From the human T2T-CHM13v2.0 reference genome, Homo sapiens, in assembly GCF_009914755.1 (NCBI RefSeq), contig NC_060940.1: a DNA stretch of 64,000 nucleotides. One strand, given 5' to 3'. This document shows positions 60,301 to 64,000 of this stretch, piece after piece. Made by a program: the position numbers and the translations under genes. The notes under the pieces were generated by a model. The model was not told the DNA's origin, ran no database searches, and worked only from the letters and a program-made list of their open reading frames with translations. Position 1 is the first letter of the stretch. The number at the start of each line of letters is the position of its first letter.

Positions 60301-61863
60301 CATTTGATTCCATTCGATGATGATTCCATTCGAGTGCATTCGATGATTTCATTCGAGTACATCCAATGATTCCATTCGAGTCCATTAGATGATTCCATTT
60401 GATTCCATTTGAAAATGATTCTACTAGAGTCCATTCAATGACTCCATTCGAGTCCATTCAACAATTCCATTCGACTCCATTCGATGATTCCATTCGATTC
60501 CATTTGATGGTACCATTCGAGTCCATTTAATCATTACAGTCGAGTCCATTTGGTGATTCCACTGGATTTCTTTTGATAATGATACCGTTCAATTACATTT
60601 GATGATGATCCCATTCAACTTCATTTGATGATGATTCCATTAGAGTCCATTCGATGATTTCATTCGAGTCCCTTCATTGATTCCATCCGATTTCATTGGA
60701 TGATGACTCCATTCGAGTCCATTCGATGATTCCACTCGATTCCATTAGATGACTCCATTGGAGTCCATTTGATTGTTCCATTCGATTCCATTCGATTCCT
60801 TTCGAAGATTATTCCATTTGAGTCCATTCGATGATGATTCCATTCCATTCCATTCGATGATTCCGTTTGATTCCATTCGATGATTCCCTTCGATTCCTTT
60901 CTTTGATGATTCCATTCCATTCCATTCAATGATTCCATTCGAATCTATTCCATGATGATTCCTTTCGATTCCATTCGCTGATGTTTCCGTTCAATTCCAT
61001 TCGATGATGATTCCATTCGATTCCATTCATTGAGGATTCCATTTGATTCCATTCAATGATGATTCCATTCTATTCCATTCAATGATTGCATTCAATTCCA
61101 TTCAATGATTATCCCATTAGAGTAAACTCAACGATTCCATTCAATACCATTCGATGATGATTCCTTTTGAGTCCATTCAATGATTTCATTCAAGTCCATT
61201 TGATGATTCCTTTCAATTCCATTCTATGATGATTCCATTCGAGTCCATTCGATGATTCCATTCGATTGCATTCGATGATTCCATTATATTCCATTCAACG
61301 GTGATTCCATTCGAGTCCATTCCATGATTCCATTAGAGTACATTTAATGATTGCTTTGTTTTCAATTCGAAGATGATTACATTGGATTCCATTCTATGAT
61401 ACCATTCGATTCCATTCAATGATGATTCCACTCAAATCCATTGGATGATTCCATTCGTGTCCATTCGGTGATTTCATTAGATTCCATTCGAGGATGATTC
61501 CATTCGATTCCATTCGATGATTCCATTCAATTCCATTCGATGATGATTCCATTCCAGTCCATATGATCATTCCATTTGATTTCATTCGATGATGATTCCA
61601 TTCGATTCCTTTCGACGATTCCATTCTATTCCATTCGATGATGATTCCATTCGAGTCCATTCGATGATTCCATTCGAGTCCATTTAATGATTCCATTGGG
61701 TTCAATTCAATTATGATTACATTGGATTCCGTTCTATGATTCCATTCAATTCCGTTCATTGACAATTTGATTCCATTCGATGATGATTCCATTTGAGTTC
61801 ATTCGATGATTCTATTCGATTCTCTTCGATGGTGATTCAATTCTATTATATTGGATGATTCCA

Positions 61864-62292
61864 CTCGATTCCATTTGATGATTATTCCATTGGAGTCCAC
61901 TTAGTGAATCCTTTAGATTCTACTCGACGATGATTCCATTCGAGTCCATTCGATGATACCATTCAATTCCATTCGTTGATGCTTCCATTCAAGTGCATTC
62001 GATGATATCATTCGATTCCATTTGATGATAATTCCATTTGATTCCATGCGATGATTCTATTCGATTCCATTCAATGATAATTCCATTCAATTCAGTGATT
62101 CCTCTGGACTCCATTTGATGATGATTCCATTCAATGATTCCATTCGATTCTATTCGAAAATGATTCCATTTGAACCCATTTGATGATGATTCCATTAGAT
62201 TCCATTTGATGATTCCATTCGATTCCATTCGACGATGATTCCATTCGATTCCGTTTGATGATTCCATTCTATTCTATTCGACGATGATTCCA
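61864..62292 (+). repeat. 429-bp displaced copy of a downstream unit segment (equivalent to U9 56362-56790)
   Basis: The sequence leaves the unit at the U9 55751 equivalent, reads ctcgattcc...ccacttagtgaatcc...ctctggactcc...attctattcg, then resumes at the U9 55752 equivalent (ttcgattccatttgatgttgattcaa). Exact edges are ambiguous within the homology. Confidence 0.87.
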
Positions 62293-62653
62293 TTCGATTC
62301 CATTTGATGTTGATTCAATTCGATTCTATTCGATGATGATTCCATTGGATTTCACTTGATGATTCTATTCGATTCCATTCAATGATGATTCACTTCTCGT
62401 CCATTGGATGATTCCATTTCATTCCATTCGATGATGATTCCATTCGATTCCATTCGATGATTCCATTTGATTCCATGCGACGGTGAGCAATTCGATTCAA
62501 TTCCATGATGATTCTATTTGATTCAATTAGATGATGTTTCCATTCGAATCCATTCCATGATTATTCCATTGGAATCCATTCGGCGATGATTCCATATGAG
62601 TCAATTCAATGATGATTCCATATGTGTCCGTTCGATGATAATTCCATTTGATT

Positions 62654-63511
62654 TCATTCGATGCTTCTATTCTATTCCAGTCGATGATGATTCCGTTGGA
62701 GTCCATACGATGATTCCATTTGATTTCATTTAATGATGATTCCATTCGATGATGATTACATTGGATTCCATTCTATGATTCCATTCAATTCCATTCGTTG
62801 ATGATTCGATTCCATTCAATGATGATTCCATTTGAGTTCATTCGATGATTCTATTCGATTCCGTTCGATGGTGATTCAATTCTATTATATTGGATGATTC
62901 CACTCGATTCCATTTGATGATTATTCCATTGGAGTCCACTTAGTGAATCCTTTAGATTCTACTCGACGATTATTCCATTCGAGTCCATTCGATGATACCA
63001 TTCAATTCCATTCGTTGATGCTTCCATTCAAGTGCATTTGATGATATCATTCGATTCCATTTGATGATAATTCCATTTGATTTCATTCGATGCTTCTATT
63101 CTATTCCAGTCGATGATGATTCCGTTGGAGTCCATACGATGATTCCATTTGATTTCATTTGATGATGATTCCATTCGATGATGATTACATTGGATTCCAT
63201 TCTATGATTCCATTCAATTCCATTCGTTGATGATTCGATTCCATTCAATGATGATTCCATTTGAGTTCATTCGATGATTCTATTCGATTCCGTTCGATGG
63301 TGATTCAATTCTATTATATTGGATGATTCCAGTCGATTCCATTTGATGATTATTCCATTGGAGTCCACTTAGTGAATCCTTTAGATTCTACTCGACGATG
63401 ATTCCATTCGAGTCCATTCGATGATACCATTCAATTCCATTCGTTGATGCTTCCATTCAAGTGCATTCGATGATATCATTCGATTCCATTTGATGATAAT
63501 TCCATTTGATT
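62654..63511 (+). repeat. 429-bp tandem duplication (2 copies; equivalent to U9 56113-56541)
   Basis: gatgataattccatttgatttcattcgatgcttctattct at 62634 and 63063; ccacttagtgaatcc occurs twice at lag 429. Confidence 0.9.
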
Positions 63512-64000
63512 CCATGCGATGATTCTATTCGATTCCATTCAATGATAATTCCATTCAATTCAGTGATTCCTCTGGACTCCATTTGATGATGATTCCATTC
63601 AATGATTCCATTCGATTCTATTCGAAAATGATTCCATTTGAATCCATTTGATGATGATTCCATTAGATTCCATTTGATGATTCCATTCGATTCCATTCGA
63701 CGATGATTCCATTCGATTCCGTTTGATGATTCCATTCTATTCTATTCGATGATGATTCCATTCGATTCCATTCGATGATGATTGGATTCGATTTCATTTG
63801 ATGATTTCATTTGATTCCATTCGTTAATGATTTCGATCAATTCCATTCGATGATTCCATTCGATTCCATTCGATAATGATTACATCCGAGTCCATTCGAT
63901 GATTCCCTTTGAGCCTGTTCGATAATTCCATTTGAGTCCAACCAATGATTCCATTCATTTCCATTCAATGATTCCATTCGAGTCCATTTGATCATTCCGG

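Larger units (their letters stand above)
1..64000 (+). repeat. Human satellite 2 (HSat2/HSATII) tandem array; most likely HSat2B (chr16q11.2-type, ~6.1-kb HOR)
   Basis: Seen: continuous diverged CATTC repeats dominated by CATTCGATTC, CATTCGAGTC and GATGATTCC, single orientation. Established: CATTCGATTC-rich 23/26-bp subunits define HSat2, as opposed to the plain (CATTC)n of HSat3. Inference: subfamily and chromosome assigned from the ~6.11-kb period only. Confidence 0.97.
57336..64000 (+). repeat. Rearranged HOR unit U10 (incomplete; +858 bp relative to U9)
   Basis: The lag to U9 changes 6112 -> 5502 -> 6541 -> 6970 (ORF pairs 55282/61394, 56487/61989, 55986/62527, 56487/63457; atcattccgg at 57021 and 63991). 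Confidence 0.92.

Noticed and set aside
61825-61863. Simple 610-bp deletion in U10
   Set aside because: The skipped segment reappears intact from 62293, so the net event is a 429-bp gain.
332-63735. About 150 minus-strand ORFs of 60-132 aa (MESSNGIEWNHHR-like)
   Set aside because: These are translations of GAATG/GAATC repeats. They overlap in different frames, recur with the HOR period, have low complexity and no recognisable domain, and are broken by single SNPs. Strand bias follows from TGATGA stops on + and abundant ATG on -.
1-64000. CRISPR-like repeat/spacer appearance of 23-26-bp units
   Set aside because: There are no unique spacers, no constant repeat and no cas genes; the whole sequence is degenerate satellite.
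1-64000. HSat3, the DYZ1 array or the chr1 HSat2A array as the identity
   Set aside because: There are no long pure (CATTC)n runs, and the period is ~6.1 kb rather than ~3.6 kb (DYZ1) or ~1.8 kb (chr1 HSat2).
1-64000. Inversion or Alu/L1/other insertion within the array
   Set aside because: I saw no GAATG-strand tract on +, no poly(A) tail and no non-satellite block; all ORFs in the track lie on one strand.

Overview
The whole 64 kb is one uninterrupted block of human-type classical satellite 2 (HSat2/HSATII). It is built from CATTC-derived CATTCGATTC and GATGATTCC words in 23/26-bp subunits, with the CATTC strand on + throughout. It is organised as a ~6.1-kb higher-order repeat (HOR). Using the rare landmark ctatggttc(c/t)acagg (251, 6328, 12436, 18558, 24680, 30802, 38994, 45113, 51224, 57336), the unit lengths are 6077, 6108, 6122, 6122, 6122, 8192, 6119, 6111 and 6112 bp, followed by a last unit about 858 bp longer than 6112. 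A ~6.11-kb period is the one published for the HSat2B array of chromosome 16q11.2, so that locus is the likely source (inference). I see no genes, RNA genes, transposons or CRISPR arrays, and I find no support for a new protein-coding system: all listed ORFs are translations of the satellite. The informative signal is structural. It comprises a 2070-bp out-of-register junction at ~36290 joining two unit haplotypes (possibly the breakpoint of a 14.3-kb duplication), two separate +429-bp events in the last unit, indels sized to the satellite subunits, and mosaic units that record recombination or conversion. All comparisons were done by eye, not by computed alignment.
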